Shown: positions 45,254-54,319 of the stretch, in pieces
Layout: the number at the start of each line of letters is the position of its first letter
Numbering within the stretch: the stretch's first letter is position 1
Source of the DNA: a virus
Length of the DNA stretch: 64,000 nucleotides
Strand: one strand, 5' to 3'
Virus record (IMG/VR): IMGVR_UViG_3300036045_000002
Location: 16,086 to 80,085 of that record
The notes under the pieces: model-generated
What the model saw: the letters and a program-made list of their open reading frames with translations, nothing else
Database searches by the model: none
Told to the model about the DNA's origin: nothing
Translations under genes and position numbers: made by a program

Positions 45254-45643
45254 GTGCTCAGCTTCAACACCGCGGTGTGGGTCAAGGCGCGGTTCACCGC
45301 GTTGCACCGGTGGAAGGACGCCCCCGACGAGGCCGCCTTCCTGCGGGACTACCACCGGCACGAGTTCCACGTGGAACTCGGCGTCAAAGTCAACCACGAC
45401 GACCGGGACGTGGAATTCTTGAAACTCAAGAACGACCTGCAGTGCCTGCTCCTGGCCGTCTACCACAACGAGACCTTCGACCACTCCTGCGAGCAGGTCG
45501 CCTCGCAGATCCTGACCAGGTACCACGACGCCGGGTGGGACGTGGCCTACTGCAAGGTGAGCGAGGACGGCGAGAACGGGGCGACCGTCTACGCCGTCAA
45601 GCCCCTCCAAGTCGTCGTCCCCTTCCGGCCGGAGGAGAACTGA
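45254..45643 (+). CDS. Second T-fold QueD-like protein
   Basis: 'F.ALHRW', 'HRHEFH', 'SCEQVA', 'VSEDGENGA' parallel the QueD layout but lack the CxxxHGH motif. Confidence 0.65.
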   Translation: MLSFNTAVWVKARFTALHRWKDAPDEAAFLRDYHRHEFHVELGVKVNHDDRDVEFLKLKNDLQCLLLAVYHNETFDHSCEQVASQILTRYHDAGWDVAYCKVSEDGENGATVYAVKPLQVVVPFRPEEN

Positions 45644-46911
45644 TGCTCTACTACCTGCCACTCGAACCGTACAAGGAACGGTACACGATGCAACTCTCGG
45701 CGGCCGAGACCGGCTGGTTCGAGAGGAACTGGTTGGCGGCCAACGTCAACTACAAACGGATCCAGCCTCCGTTCTCGACGCCTACGACCCCGCCAAGGTC
45801 GATCAAGACCGGGCGGGTGCTGGACGCGGTGGGGAGGTCGCGGTGGGCGATGGGGCAGATCGACCAACTCCTGTCGCTGGCCGACCGGGACTACATCTCC
45901 AGCACCGACGTGATCTACCTGGACGACTTCTGGCACCCCGGCGTCCAGGCCCTCCCGTACCTGTTCCAGCAGAAGGGCATCAAGCCCCGGATGTACGCCT
46001 TCTGCTGGGCGCAGTCCGTTGACCAGTACGACTTCACCTACGCGATGCGGGACTGGATTCGGCACTTCGAGCGCGGCACGGCCGCGCTCCTGGACGGGGT
46101 GTTCGTCGCGTCCACGGAACTCAAGACCCTGCTCGCCCGGGAGTGGGTTGCGCACGAAGGCAAGGTCGAGGTCGTCGGCCTGCCGTTCGACTCGGGTGAG
46201 GTCAAATCGAGAATGCCTGAGGACTACCAGGTGTACACGGACCGGGACCGGCTGTCCAAGCTGATCGACGTGTCCGGTTACCCGACCGAAATGCCCCGAA
46301 AGAACCAGGTCGTGTTCTCGTCCAGGTGGGACCGGGAGAAGGACCCGCAGTTCTTCTGCCGGGTGGCGGAAATCGTCCTCCGGGAGACCCAGGACGTCAA
46401 GTTCGTCGTCTGCTCCTCGGCCGACGTGATCCGGTCTAACTACCCCGGCCTGGTGAACAGCCTGGACGACATGGCGATCCGGCACCCGCACAACTTCCAG
46501 GTCGCGACCGGGCTGACGAAGGAGGCCTACTACCGGATTCTGACCGAGTCCAAGGTCCAGTTCAACTGCGCCGACCAGGACTGGGTGTCGTTCACCCTCC
46601 TGGAGGCCGTCACGGCCGGCTGCTACCCGCTGTACCCGTACTTCCGGAGTTTTCCCGAGACGTTCGACCGGGACATGCGGTTCATGTACCCGAAGGACAA
46701 CGAGCAGGAGGCCGCGAAGAAGCTCCTGGCCGTCCTCCGGACGCCGGACGACCTCTGGGCCGCCGACCAGATCGCCGAAAGGCAGCAGATCGTCCGGCGG
46801 CACGACATGACCTGGATGCGAATTCTTGACAGGATGCAAGTCCACTTCGACTGTGACCCGGAGACCCGCAAGAAGGTGCGAAAGGAAGCGTACGCGCCGG
46901 GCGCTGTCTAG
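45643..46911 (+). CDS. GT-B (family 4-like) glycosyltransferase
   Basis: Start MLYYLPLEPY; 'VVFSSRWDREKDP', 'SFTLLEAVTAGCYPLYP...SFPE'. Confidence 0.75.
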   Translation: MLYYLPLEPYKERYTMQLSAAETGWFERNWLAANVNYKRIQPPFSTPTTPPRSIKTGRVLDAVGRSRWAMGQIDQLLSLADRDYISSTDVIYLDDFWHPGVQALPYLFQQKGIKPRMYAFCWAQSVDQYDFTYAMRDWIRHFERGTAALLDGVFVASTELKTLLAREWVAHEGKVEVVGLPFDSGEVKSRMPEDYQVYTDRDRLSKLIDVSGYPTEMPRKNQVVFSSRWDREKDPQFFCRVAEIVLRETQDVKFVVCSSADVIRSNYPGLVNSLDDMAIRHPHNFQVATGLTKEAYYRILTESKVQFNCADQDWVSFTLLEAVTAGCYPLYPYFRSFPETFDRDMRFMYPKDNEQEAAKKLLAVLRTPDDLWAADQIAERQQIVRRHDMTWMRILDRMQVHFDCDPETRKKVRKEAYAPGAV

Positions 46912-46919
46912 CGAAAACT

Positions 46920-47041
46920 CGCAGACCCCGCGCCATTCGCTCTAGAATCGCGTCTGGCGCGTTTTCAACTCGAAAGTGACTCTCTTCTCAGTTTCGTCGG
47001 GACCTCGCGCCAGACGCGATTCTAGAGCGAAAGGGACTGCC
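46920..47041. repeat. Dispersed palindromic TCTAGA element, copy D (perfect ~26-bp arms)
   Basis: ttcgctctagaatcgcgtctggcgcg ... cgcgccagacgcgattctagagcgaa, then agggactgcc-GTG. Confidence 0.85.
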
Positions 47042-47779
47042 GTGACCGACAAGTACGACAACCGCAACCACCCTTTGTTTGAAGGACAGAACAACCAGAA
47101 CTCGCTCAACCTGGGACTCACGACGTTCTGCACCATGCGGTGCCCGAACTGCTCCATTTCCGTCCCGAAGCACAAGGCCGAGAAGACGGCTAAGGACGCG
47201 AGCGTGTCGGACATCATCCGGGACTCCCGCTGGATGCGGGGCCTGCGTCGCGTCCATCTGACCGGAGGAGAGCCTCTTCTCCACCCCGACTTCAGGTACG
47301 TCGCCGAGCACGCCCGCGACTGGTTCCACTGCTCTTACCTGACCGTCGAGACGAACGGCCACCTGTACCACAAGTACAAGGACGTGTTCCGGACGTTTGA
47401 CCTGGTGTTCGTGACCCATTACGAACAAGACACGATCTACCCGGGCAACCCGGGCAACGGTCACATCGTGGACCTAGTCCAACAAGACCTAGGAGACCGG
47501 ATGATCCGGGAGCCTCCGGTCAGGCACGAACACGGCCACGGAATCCGGGAACAACTCGTCCAGCTGAACGCGTCCAAAGGACAACTCCCGGAGGACGTGG
47601 CCTGCTCCAAGTACCGGAACCCGGGCCTCCCGGCCGGCTGGTACGACGGCAAGGTCTACGCCTGCTGCGTGTCGTTCGGCATCAGCTCGGAGCTGGGAAT
47701 TCCGGTGACCGAGGACTGGCGACAGCGAATTCAGAATCTGGCGAAAGGCTGCATCAAGTGCTGCTACCACGGGACGTGA
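47042..47779 (+). CDS. Radical SAM enzyme with a C-terminal Cys cluster
   Basis: CTMRCPNC, 'LTGGEPLLHP', 'ETNG', 'GKVYACC', 'CIKC'. Confidence 0.85.
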   Translation: MTDKYDNRNHPLFEGQNNQNSLNLGLTTFCTMRCPNCSISVPKHKAEKTAKDASVSDIIRDSRWMRGLRRVHLTGGEPLLHPDFRYVAEHARDWFHCSYLTVETNGHLYHKYKDVFRTFDLVFVTHYEQDTIYPGNPGNGHIVDLVQQDLGDRMIREPPVRHEHGHGIREQLVQLNASKGQLPEDVACSKYRNPGLPAGWYDGKVYACCVSFGISSELGIPVTEDWRQRIQNLAKGCIKCCYHGT

Positions 47780-47780
47780 C

Positions 47781-48845
47781 ATGGGTACCTCTGGACAAGG
47801 GCTGAAACGGCTGAAGCGGAACAAGTCGGTCGTGTCCCTCCAAGGCATGGACAGGCAGTGCCGGAGCCTCTGGCTGGACTCCGGAGCCCACAGCCTCTAT
47901 CACCAACACTGCTTCAAAACCGCTACCGTACCAATCAAGAGAAAGGTGGTCGTAGACGGAAAGGAAAAGATTGTCTCGTTCTTCCGGCGGGTCCCGATCA
48001 AGGGTCAGAAAAGGTTCGACTGGTTCGGTAAACCTGACAACCTGTCCAAGGCCTTTATCGCCTACCTGAAGGCCTACGCCGACTTCGTCCGGAAAAACGA
48101 GTCCGGTATCGACTACTACGCAAACGTGGACGTAATTTACAGCCCGGCCTTGTCCTGGGCCGCTCTCAAACACCTGGAGAAGGATGAGGGACTGCGCCCC
48201 GTTCCGATCATTCACCACGGCACCGACTTGGACTGGGTCGAACGCCATCTGAACGCCGGCTACAAATACATCGGGCTAGGTGGCCTGGGCCAGGAATCGA
48301 ACGTCGAGACTTACCACAGAGACACGGACAAGGTCTACAACCTTCTGTGCGATAACAAGGACCGGTTACCGTGTGTGAGGACACACGGGTTTGCGATGAC
48401 CAGCTACAAACTGCTGATCCGGTACCCGTGGTGGTCGGTCGATTCGACCAGCGCCTACCGGGTCGCCGGATTCGGCAGTATATTCCTCCCACACCGCCGG
48501 GCCGGGAAGTGGGACTTCTCTATCGCCCCGTACATCGTCGCCTTCAGCAGCCGGAGTTCGGCCAAAAAAGGGAAAAGGAAGCACATCGCCTACTTTCAGA
48601 ACTCCGACATGAAACTGCACCGGCAGATATTACTAGACTGGCTCGCCGAGATCGACATGCCGCTAGGCGAGATGGGCGAAGATGACGAGGTAATTACCTA
48701 CGGCGTCGCGTCCGAATACAACGCCCGTGCCGTCGCCAACCTGAAGTTCTTCCAGAAACTGTGTGACTGGCTGCCGAAATGGCCGTGGCCGTTCAAGATC
48801 GACACGGACGTGGGCAAGTTCGTTCCGGACCGGAGACTGAAGTGA
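47781..48845 (+). CDS. TGT-fold base-exchange enzyme (DpdA-like DNA transglycosylase)
   Basis: 'LDSGAHS', 'ANVDVI', 'PIIHHG', 'IGLGG', 'HGFAM', 'SVDSTS'; clustered with folE, queD and queE. Confidence 0.7.
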   Translation: MGTSGQGLKRLKRNKSVVSLQGMDRQCRSLWLDSGAHSLYHQHCFKTATVPIKRKVVVDGKEKIVSFFRRVPIKGQKRFDWFGKPDNLSKAFIAYLKAYADFVRKNESGIDYYANVDVIYSPALSWAALKHLEKDEGLRPVPIIHHGTDLDWVERHLNAGYKYIGLGGLGQESNVETYHRDTDKVYNLLCDNKDRLPCVRTHGFAMTSYKLLIRYPWWSVDSTSAYRVAGFGSIFLPHRRAGKWDFSIAPYIVAFSSRSSAKKGKRKHIAYFQNSDMKLHRQILLDWLAEIDMPLGEMGEDDEVITYGVASEYNARAVANLKFFQKLCDWLPKWPWPFKIDTDVGKFVPDRRLK

Positions 48846-49072
48846 GAATCTACTTCTCAGGCGGGAGTCCCATTCCGGAGGCCAACCTCCGTGACCCGCC
48901 TCCGGACATCATGCTGTCGATGTTCGTGGACGCGAGCAACGGCGAGCCGAGGTCGAGGCTCCGGAAGATCCTGGACATCCGGACGAAGGCCAAGGCCCTG
49001 AAGCTGAAGAAAGGAAAGCCCGATGCGACCAGAAAAGCCAAGCCGCCCGTCGAGCGTAAGACGCCTCGCTGA
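48842..49072 (+). CDS. Small protein MRIYFSGG... coupled to the TGT-like gene
   Basis: GTG overlaps the upstream TGA; 76 aa. Confidence 0.5.
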   Translation: MRIYFSGGSPIPEANLRDPPPDIMLSMFVDASNGEPRSRLRKILDIRTKAKALKLKKGKPDATRKAKPPVERKTPR

Positions 49073-50105
49073 CGGGAGCGTCGAAGTTGACCGGCTGGAG
49101 TTCCAGACCCGCCTGGAGGAGGTCAAGCACGGCCTGGCCGTCAAGGAGATGCTTGACCAGTCCTCCTGCTTCGTGTTCAAGAACGGCGAGGTCGTAACCT
49201 TCAACGAGGAGGTGGCCTGCGCCACCAGGTCGATGCTCCCGGACGAGGCCAAGGGAGCCGTCCAGGCGAAGAAGTTCCTGGAGATCGTCCGGAGTCTGCC
49301 GGACGCCCGGGTGACCGTCCGGGTCGAGGAGAGCACCTTCCGGATCGAGGGGAAGAACAAACGGTTCACCTGCCCGATGCAGCGGAAGATCCTGATCCCG
49401 ACGGACGTGGTGGAACGGCCCGGCACCTGGCGGGGGCTGGACAAGGAGTTCAACCAGGCGGTGGACTTGGTCAAGGAGTGCGCCACGACCGACCACTCGG
49501 CCTTCACCTTGACGTGCGTCCACATCCATCCCAGGTGGATCGAGGCCTTCGACAACACCCAGCTGGCCCGGTACGATTTCAAGGGCGGCACGGGGGTGAC
49601 GAAGGCCTTCCTGGTGAAGCGGGACGCGATCAAGTCGGTGCTGTACATCGACCCGGTCGAGATGTGCGAGACCGGGAACTGGCTGCACTTCCGGTCGGCC
49701 TCTAAGGCCGTCATGTCGATCCACCGGTACGTGGCGGAGGCGGCCGACTACCAGAATCTCGACCAGTTCCTCAAGATCCGGGGGCAGGAGATCCAACTCC
49801 CGGACGGCCTCAAGGAGGCGGCCGAGCGGGCCAACATCATCTCGTCCACGAACGCCGAGGGTAACCTGGTCACGGTCGAGTTGACCGGCAAGGTCCTGAG
49901 GATCGTCGGAGACAGCGACGCCGGCCGGTACGAGGAGGTCAAGCGGGTCACGGACTACAAGGGGCCGGCCATGAGGTTCCGGATCGCCCCCGGCCTCCTG
50001 GTCGGGATTACCAACAAGAAGCAACGGTGTGAGATCAGCGAGTCCAACCGGCTCCGGATGAAGACCAAGAACTTCACCTACGTCGCGTGCCTGAGGAAGG
50101 TGTGA
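49023..50105 (+). CDS. Sliding clamp, DNA Pol III beta-like
   Basis: ~350 aa with repeating alpha/beta domains; DnaX-like loader nearby. Confidence 0.65.
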   Translation: MRPEKPSRPSSVRRLADGSVEVDRLEFQTRLEEVKHGLAVKEMLDQSSCFVFKNGEVVTFNEEVACATRSMLPDEAKGAVQAKKFLEIVRSLPDARVTVRVEESTFRIEGKNKRFTCPMQRKILIPTDVVERPGTWRGLDKEFNQAVDLVKECATTDHSAFTLTCVHIHPRWIEAFDNTQLARYDFKGGTGVTKAFLVKRDAIKSVLYIDPVEMCETGNWLHFRSASKAVMSIHRYVAEAADYQNLDQFLKIRGQEIQLPDGLKEAAERANIISSTNAEGNLVTVELTGKVLRIVGDSDAGRYEEVKRVTDYKGPAMRFRIAPGLLVGITNKKQRCEISESNRLRMKTKNFTYVACLRKV

Positions 50106-50106
50106 C

Positions 50107-50352
50107 ATGAAATGGACTGTTATATTCAGTCACGACCGGGACGACTACGGGTTTGAGACCTTCGACGACGAAGCCGAGGCCTGGAAGTTTTACCTGGAGG
50201 CGATGCGGAGGTACAAAGGCAGTCCTAACGCCCCGCAGTTCGGCAGCTACGTCGTGGTAATCAAAGGCGAAGTGGTGGTCGAACACGATGGACACATTCT
50301 TCCCGACGGGCACGGTCAGGCAAGTCCGAAAACCCCTCCCGCTTCTCCCTAA
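50107..50352 (+). CDS. Hypothetical protein
   Basis: 81 aa. Confidence 0.5.
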   Translation: MKWTVIFSHDRDDYGFETFDDEAEAWKFYLEAMRRYKGSPNAPQFGSYVVVIKGEVVVEHDGHILPDGHGQASPKTPPASP

Positions 50353-51490
50353 GTGCGGGGCCTGCGGGCTCGACAAGTCCGGGTGCCTGAACCCGAAGAT
50401 GCCGGTCGCCGGGAAAGGCCGCCGCAAGATCCTGGTCGTCGGCGAGGCCCCGGGCGAGACGGAGGACCGGACGAACCGGCCGTTCGTCGGCAAGGCCGGC
50501 AGGTACCTGCGGAGGGCGCTGGACCAGGTCGGCGTTGACCTGGACGAGGACTGCTGGACGACTAACGCACTGATCTGTAGGCCGCCGGACAACAAGATCA
50601 AGGACGAGAACGCCGTCGAATACTGCCGGCCCAACCTGCTCCGGGAGATCGACAGGTTGAAGCCACAAACGGTCGTCCTACTCGGGGCGACTCCTGTCAA
50701 GAGTCTGATCGGGTTCCTGTGGAAGGAGTCCGTCGGCACGATCTCCAGGTGGGTGGGTTGGAACGTGCCGTGCCAAAGGTTCAACTGCTGGGTGTGCCCG
50801 GCCAACCATCCGTCGTACCTGATCCGGCTGGACAACCCGCTCGCCGACAGGCTGTTCCTCGGCACCCTCAGGAAGGCGTTCGCGCACGACAGGCGGCCGT
50901 GGGACACGGTCCCGGACTACCGGGACAAGGTCGAGGTCGAGTTCGACACGGACAAGGCCGCCGGGGCCGTGCTAGGCATGGTCGGGAAGCGTCCGGTGGC
51001 GTTCGATTTCGAGACCAACATGCTCAAGCCGGACTCGGACGCGGCCCGGATCGTGTGCTGCTCGGTCAGCGACGGCAGGAGGACGGTCGCGTACCCCTGG
51101 TACGGGGCCGCCGTGCGGGCCACGAAGGCCCTGGTCGAATCCGGTACGCCGCTGATCGCGTCGAACATGAAGTTCGAGGACCGGTGGACGCGAAAGGTGC
51201 TAAAGGCGAAGGTCAGGAACTGGAACTGGGATACGATGCTCGCCGCCCACGTCATCGACAACCGGCCCGACATCACCAGCATCAAATTCCAGGCGTTCGC
51301 GCTACTCGGCCAGGAGAGCTACGACGACCACGTGAAGCCGTACCTGGAGTCCAGGCAGCCTGGGGGGTACTCCAAGAACCGGGTCACCCAGGTGGACATG
51401 AGGGACCTCATGCTCTACTGCGGCCTGGACTCTCTCCTGGAATGGAAGGTCGCCCACATCCAGAAACGGAGGCTGGGGTTCGATGCCTGA
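50288..51490 (+). CDS. Family-4 UDG-like domain fused to a Pol A 3'-5' exonuclease
   Basis: CGACGL..C, 'GEAPG', 'PFVG.AG', 'CRPP', 'HPSY'; exonuclease motifs 'FDFET', 'NMKFE', 'DTML', 'YCGLD'. Confidence 0.85.
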   Translation: MDTFFPTGTVRQVRKPLPLLPKCGACGLDKSGCLNPKMPVAGKGRRKILVVGEAPGETEDRTNRPFVGKAGRYLRRALDQVGVDLDEDCWTTNALICRPPDNKIKDENAVEYCRPNLLREIDRLKPQTVVLLGATPVKSLIGFLWKESVGTISRWVGWNVPCQRFNCWVCPANHPSYLIRLDNPLADRLFLGTLRKAFAHDRRPWDTVPDYRDKVEVEFDTDKAAGAVLGMVGKRPVAFDFETNMLKPDSDAARIVCCSVSDGRRTVAYPWYGAAVRATKALVESGTPLIASNMKFEDRWTRKVLKAKVRNWNWDTMLAAHVIDNRPDITSIKFQAFALLGQESYDDHVKPYLESRQPGGYSKNRVTQVDMRDLMLYCGLDSLLEWKVAHIQKRRLGFDA

Positions 51491-51581
51491 CCTGAACACC
51501 GTGGAAGGCGTGTCGCTAGTCTGCTTCGCCTTCCTGCTGATGTGCCTGGTCGTCTACGCCTGGTCCAGGAGGAGGGAATGA
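51483..51581 (+). CDS. 32-aa single-TM peptide
   Basis: MPDLNTVEGVSLVCFAFLLMCLVVYAWSRRRE; overlaps both neighbouring genes. Confidence 0.45.
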   Translation: MPDLNTVEGVSLVCFAFLLMCLVVYAWSRRRE

Positions 51582-51832
51582 TAGTCGTCAAGATCGAACT
51601 GCTGCCGAAAGGCCGGACTAAGGGCAAGCGACTCCTCGGCGTCATCTGCGTCGCGAACGACGGCACCGGAACATCGAAAGTCGGGAGTTACGTCTACGCC
51701 CTGTCCCACGCCGGCAGGTACATCGCCACCAGGAAGAGGACCTACAAGAAAGGCAAGGTCGTCAACTTCCCGCGACACCTGAGCCCGTACCGACTGATCG
51801 CCCGCATCCTCAAAGACGCCAAGGAGACGTGA
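51578..51832 (+). CDS. Hypothetical protein
   Basis: MIVVKIELLP after GGAGGG. Confidence 0.6.
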   Translation: MIVVKIELLPKGRTKGKRLLGVICVANDGTGTSKVGSYVYALSHAGRYIATRKRTYKKGKVVNFPRHLSPYRLIARILKDAKET

Positions 51833-54021
51833 TGACCGAGACCGACGTGCCGATGAAGGGTGAGGTTTCCGACGTGGCCATGAAGGTCCTGTCGGCTAGG
51901 TACTTCGCCCAGGAGAAAAAGGAGACGAAACCCGAGGACCTGTTCCGGCGGGTATCGGGCGGGAAGGACGAATACTTCCACCTGATGAACGACCTGGTCT
52001 TCCTGCCGAACAGCCCGACCCTGTTCAACATGGGCCTGGAGAACGGCTGTACTTTGTCCGCATGTTTCGTGTTCGACGTGGACGACACCCTCCTGGACGG
52101 CCCCCGGTCGATCATGGCCACCCAGGCCAAGGCCGCGGCCGTGGCCAAGGCCGGCGGGGGCGTCGGGTACTACTTCGGGAATCTGCGGCCGAAGGGGGCA
52201 CCGATCCGGAGCGTCCACCGGGAGGCGTGCGGGCCGGTGGCCGCCCTCCGGCACTACCATTCCATCCGGAACCTCATCAAGCAGGGTGCCCGGCGGGACC
52301 TGGCCCAGATGGGCGTCCTGAACGCCGACCACCCGGACATCCGGGAATGGATCCACTGCAAGGACGAAGACCCCAAGGCCCTGGAGTCGTTCAACATCTC
52401 GGTCTCGTGGCGGGACGCAATGTTGAAGAAGGTAGACCCGCCCTTCCAGGGCAGCCCGAAATCCGCCACGGCCGAGACCGACTTGTGGCACGAGCAGTGC
52501 CAGTCCGCCTGGAAGACCGGCGACCCGGGGATGCTGTTCTGGGACGCGATCAACCGGGCCAACGCGACCCCACACCTGGGGAACATCAACGCGACCAATC
52601 CGTGCGGCGAAACGCCCAACCTGTGCGACGAGCCGTGCAACCTGGGGTCGCTCGCCGTCTGCAGGTTCTTGAAGAAGGCGGGGAATCGTTGGGACGTCAT
52701 GTGGGACTTGCTCCGCGACTACGCCCGCCTGGCTACCCGATTCTTGGACGACATCCTCGACTGGAACCAATTTCCCCACGCGGATATCGACCAGGCGGCC
52801 AAGGCGACCCGCAAACTCGGGCTCGGTGTCATGGGGTGGGCCGACATGCTCGCGATTCTGGGTGTCCCCTACGCCTCGTCGGCCGCAATCGACCTCGCCC
52901 ACGAGGTCATGGGGACGATCAATCAGGCGGCAATGGACGAGTCGATGGAGTTGGCCGGCCTGAAGGGACCTTACCCGGCGTGGGAATCCGGTGATCCCCG
53001 CCTCGGGTGGAAGAAAGCCAGAAACTCGACCCGGACTAGCATCGCCCCGACCGGCACCATCAGCCTGATCGCCAACGTGTTCTCGTCCATCGAGCCGTAC
53101 TTCGCGTTCGACGCCGAGCGGACGACGAACGAAGGGATGAAGCTCAAGGACGGCGTCCCGGAGTGGGTCAAGAAGCACATCCCGAACGGCCACACGCCGG
53201 AACTCGCCAACCAGATCCCGTACCAGTGGCACGTCCGGCACCAGGCGGCCTTCCAGAGGCACACCGACCTGGGGGTGTCCAAGACCATCAACATGCCGAA
53301 TAACGCAACCGTGGCCGACATCTCGAAGGCATACCATATGATGTGGAAGGAAGGGTGCAAAGGCGGGACGATTTACCGGGACGGGTGCCGGACGGAGCAG
53401 GTCCTGGTGTCGAAGGACAAGAAGTCCGTCTACACCACGTCGGAAACGCGGGACACGGCCCCCGCCCGACGCAAACTCCCCGCCGAGCGTAAGTCGCTCA
53501 CCAAGAAGTTCAGGATCGGCGGAACGAAAGGCTACGCGACGGTCGGGCTGTACGAGGACGGGACGCCGGGGGAGGTGTTCATCACCGTGGACAACATGGG
53601 GAGCACCCTCGACGGGTTCCTCGACTCCTGGGCCAAGACCTTCTCCAACGCCATCCAGTACGGAACGCCTCTCGCGGCGCTCGTCCGGCTGCACCGGAAT
53701 TCCAGGTTCGACCCGGCCGGGTTCACCGGCGACCCGGACGTCCCGAGTTGCACGTCCATCCCGGACTTCATCGTCCGGTGGATGGAAATCCGGTTCCTCA
53801 ACCAGAAGACGGTCACGGTCGAGACGTTCGTGGTCAAGGACGGGAAGACGGAGGCGACGTTCGCCTCGACCGACCAGGTCGTCAAAAACCTGGTCGTGAT
53901 TCGGACTACCGAAGAGCCCAAGTCCGGGGCGCTGTGCCCGGACTGCGGGACGGAGATGATCTACCAGGCGTCGTGTCTCACCTGCGTCAAGCCGGGATGC
54001 GGGTTCACCAAGTGCGGGTGA
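51829..54021 (+). CDS. nrdJ: Class II (B12-dependent) ribonucleotide reductase with C-terminal TSCPD/zinc ribbon
   Basis: 'FLPNSPTL', 'SACFV', 'TNPCGE', 'IAPTGT', 'SKTIN'; no small subunit gene nearby. Confidence 0.9.
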   Translation: MMTETDVPMKGEVSDVAMKVLSARYFAQEKKETKPEDLFRRVSGGKDEYFHLMNDLVFLPNSPTLFNMGLENGCTLSACFVFDVDDTLLDGPRSIMATQAKAAAVAKAGGGVGYYFGNLRPKGAPIRSVHREACGPVAALRHYHSIRNLIKQGARRDLAQMGVLNADHPDIREWIHCKDEDPKALESFNISVSWRDAMLKKVDPPFQGSPKSATAETDLWHEQCQSAWKTGDPGMLFWDAINRANATPHLGNINATNPCGETPNLCDEPCNLGSLAVCRFLKKAGNRWDVMWDLLRDYARLATRFLDDILDWNQFPHADIDQAAKATRKLGLGVMGWADMLAILGVPYASSAAIDLAHEVMGTINQAAMDESMELAGLKGPYPAWESGDPRLGWKKARNSTRTSIAPTGTISLIANVFSSIEPYFAFDAERTTNEGMKLKDGVPEWVKKHIPNGHTPELANQIPYQWHVRHQAAFQRHTDLGVSKTINMPNNATVADISKAYHMMWKEGCKGGTIYRDGCRTEQVLVSKDKKSVYTTSETRDTAPARRKLPAERKSLTKKFRIGGTKGYATVGLYEDGTPGEVFITVDNMGSTLDGFLDSWAKTFSNAIQYGTPLAALVRLHRNSRFDPAGFTGDPDVPSCTSIPDFIVRWMEIRFLNQKTVTVETFVVKDGKTEATFASTDQVVKNLVVIRTTEEPKSGALCPDCGTEMIYQASCLTCVKPGCGFTKCG

Positions 54022-54025
54022 CAAC

Positions 54026-54319
54026 ATGCCGAAGGTCGGGAACAACCGGGACCGGGACGAAAAGCCGAAGTGCCCGTTCAAAGTCGGGGACGTCGTCCAG
54101 ATTAACAGCGGCGGGCCGCTGTCCACCGTCATAGGCGTGAACGCCTACGCCAGGACCATCGACATCTGCTGGTACACATACATCACCGACCACGGGTACT
54201 CGACCTGCGGGTCGGCGTCCGGCTTACCCGCCGACTGCTTCCAGATCGCCCGCGAGGTCATCACCCACAGGAGTTCGGAAGATGAGGACGATACTCAACC
54301 CGACTGTGTACCTGCTTAA
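54026..54319 (+). CDS. YodC/DUF2158-like protein
   Basis: 'FKVGDVVQINSGGP..TV'. Confidence 0.6.
   Translation: MPKVGNNRDRDEKPKCPFKVGDVVQINSGGPLSTVIGVNAYARTIDICWYTYITDHGYSTCGSASGLPADCFQIAREVITHRSSEDEDDTQPDCVPA

Noticed and set aside
23284-47041. Integron attC cassette interpretation of the dispersed palindromes
   Set aside because: No integrase in the window and no RYYYAAC/GTTRRRY ends
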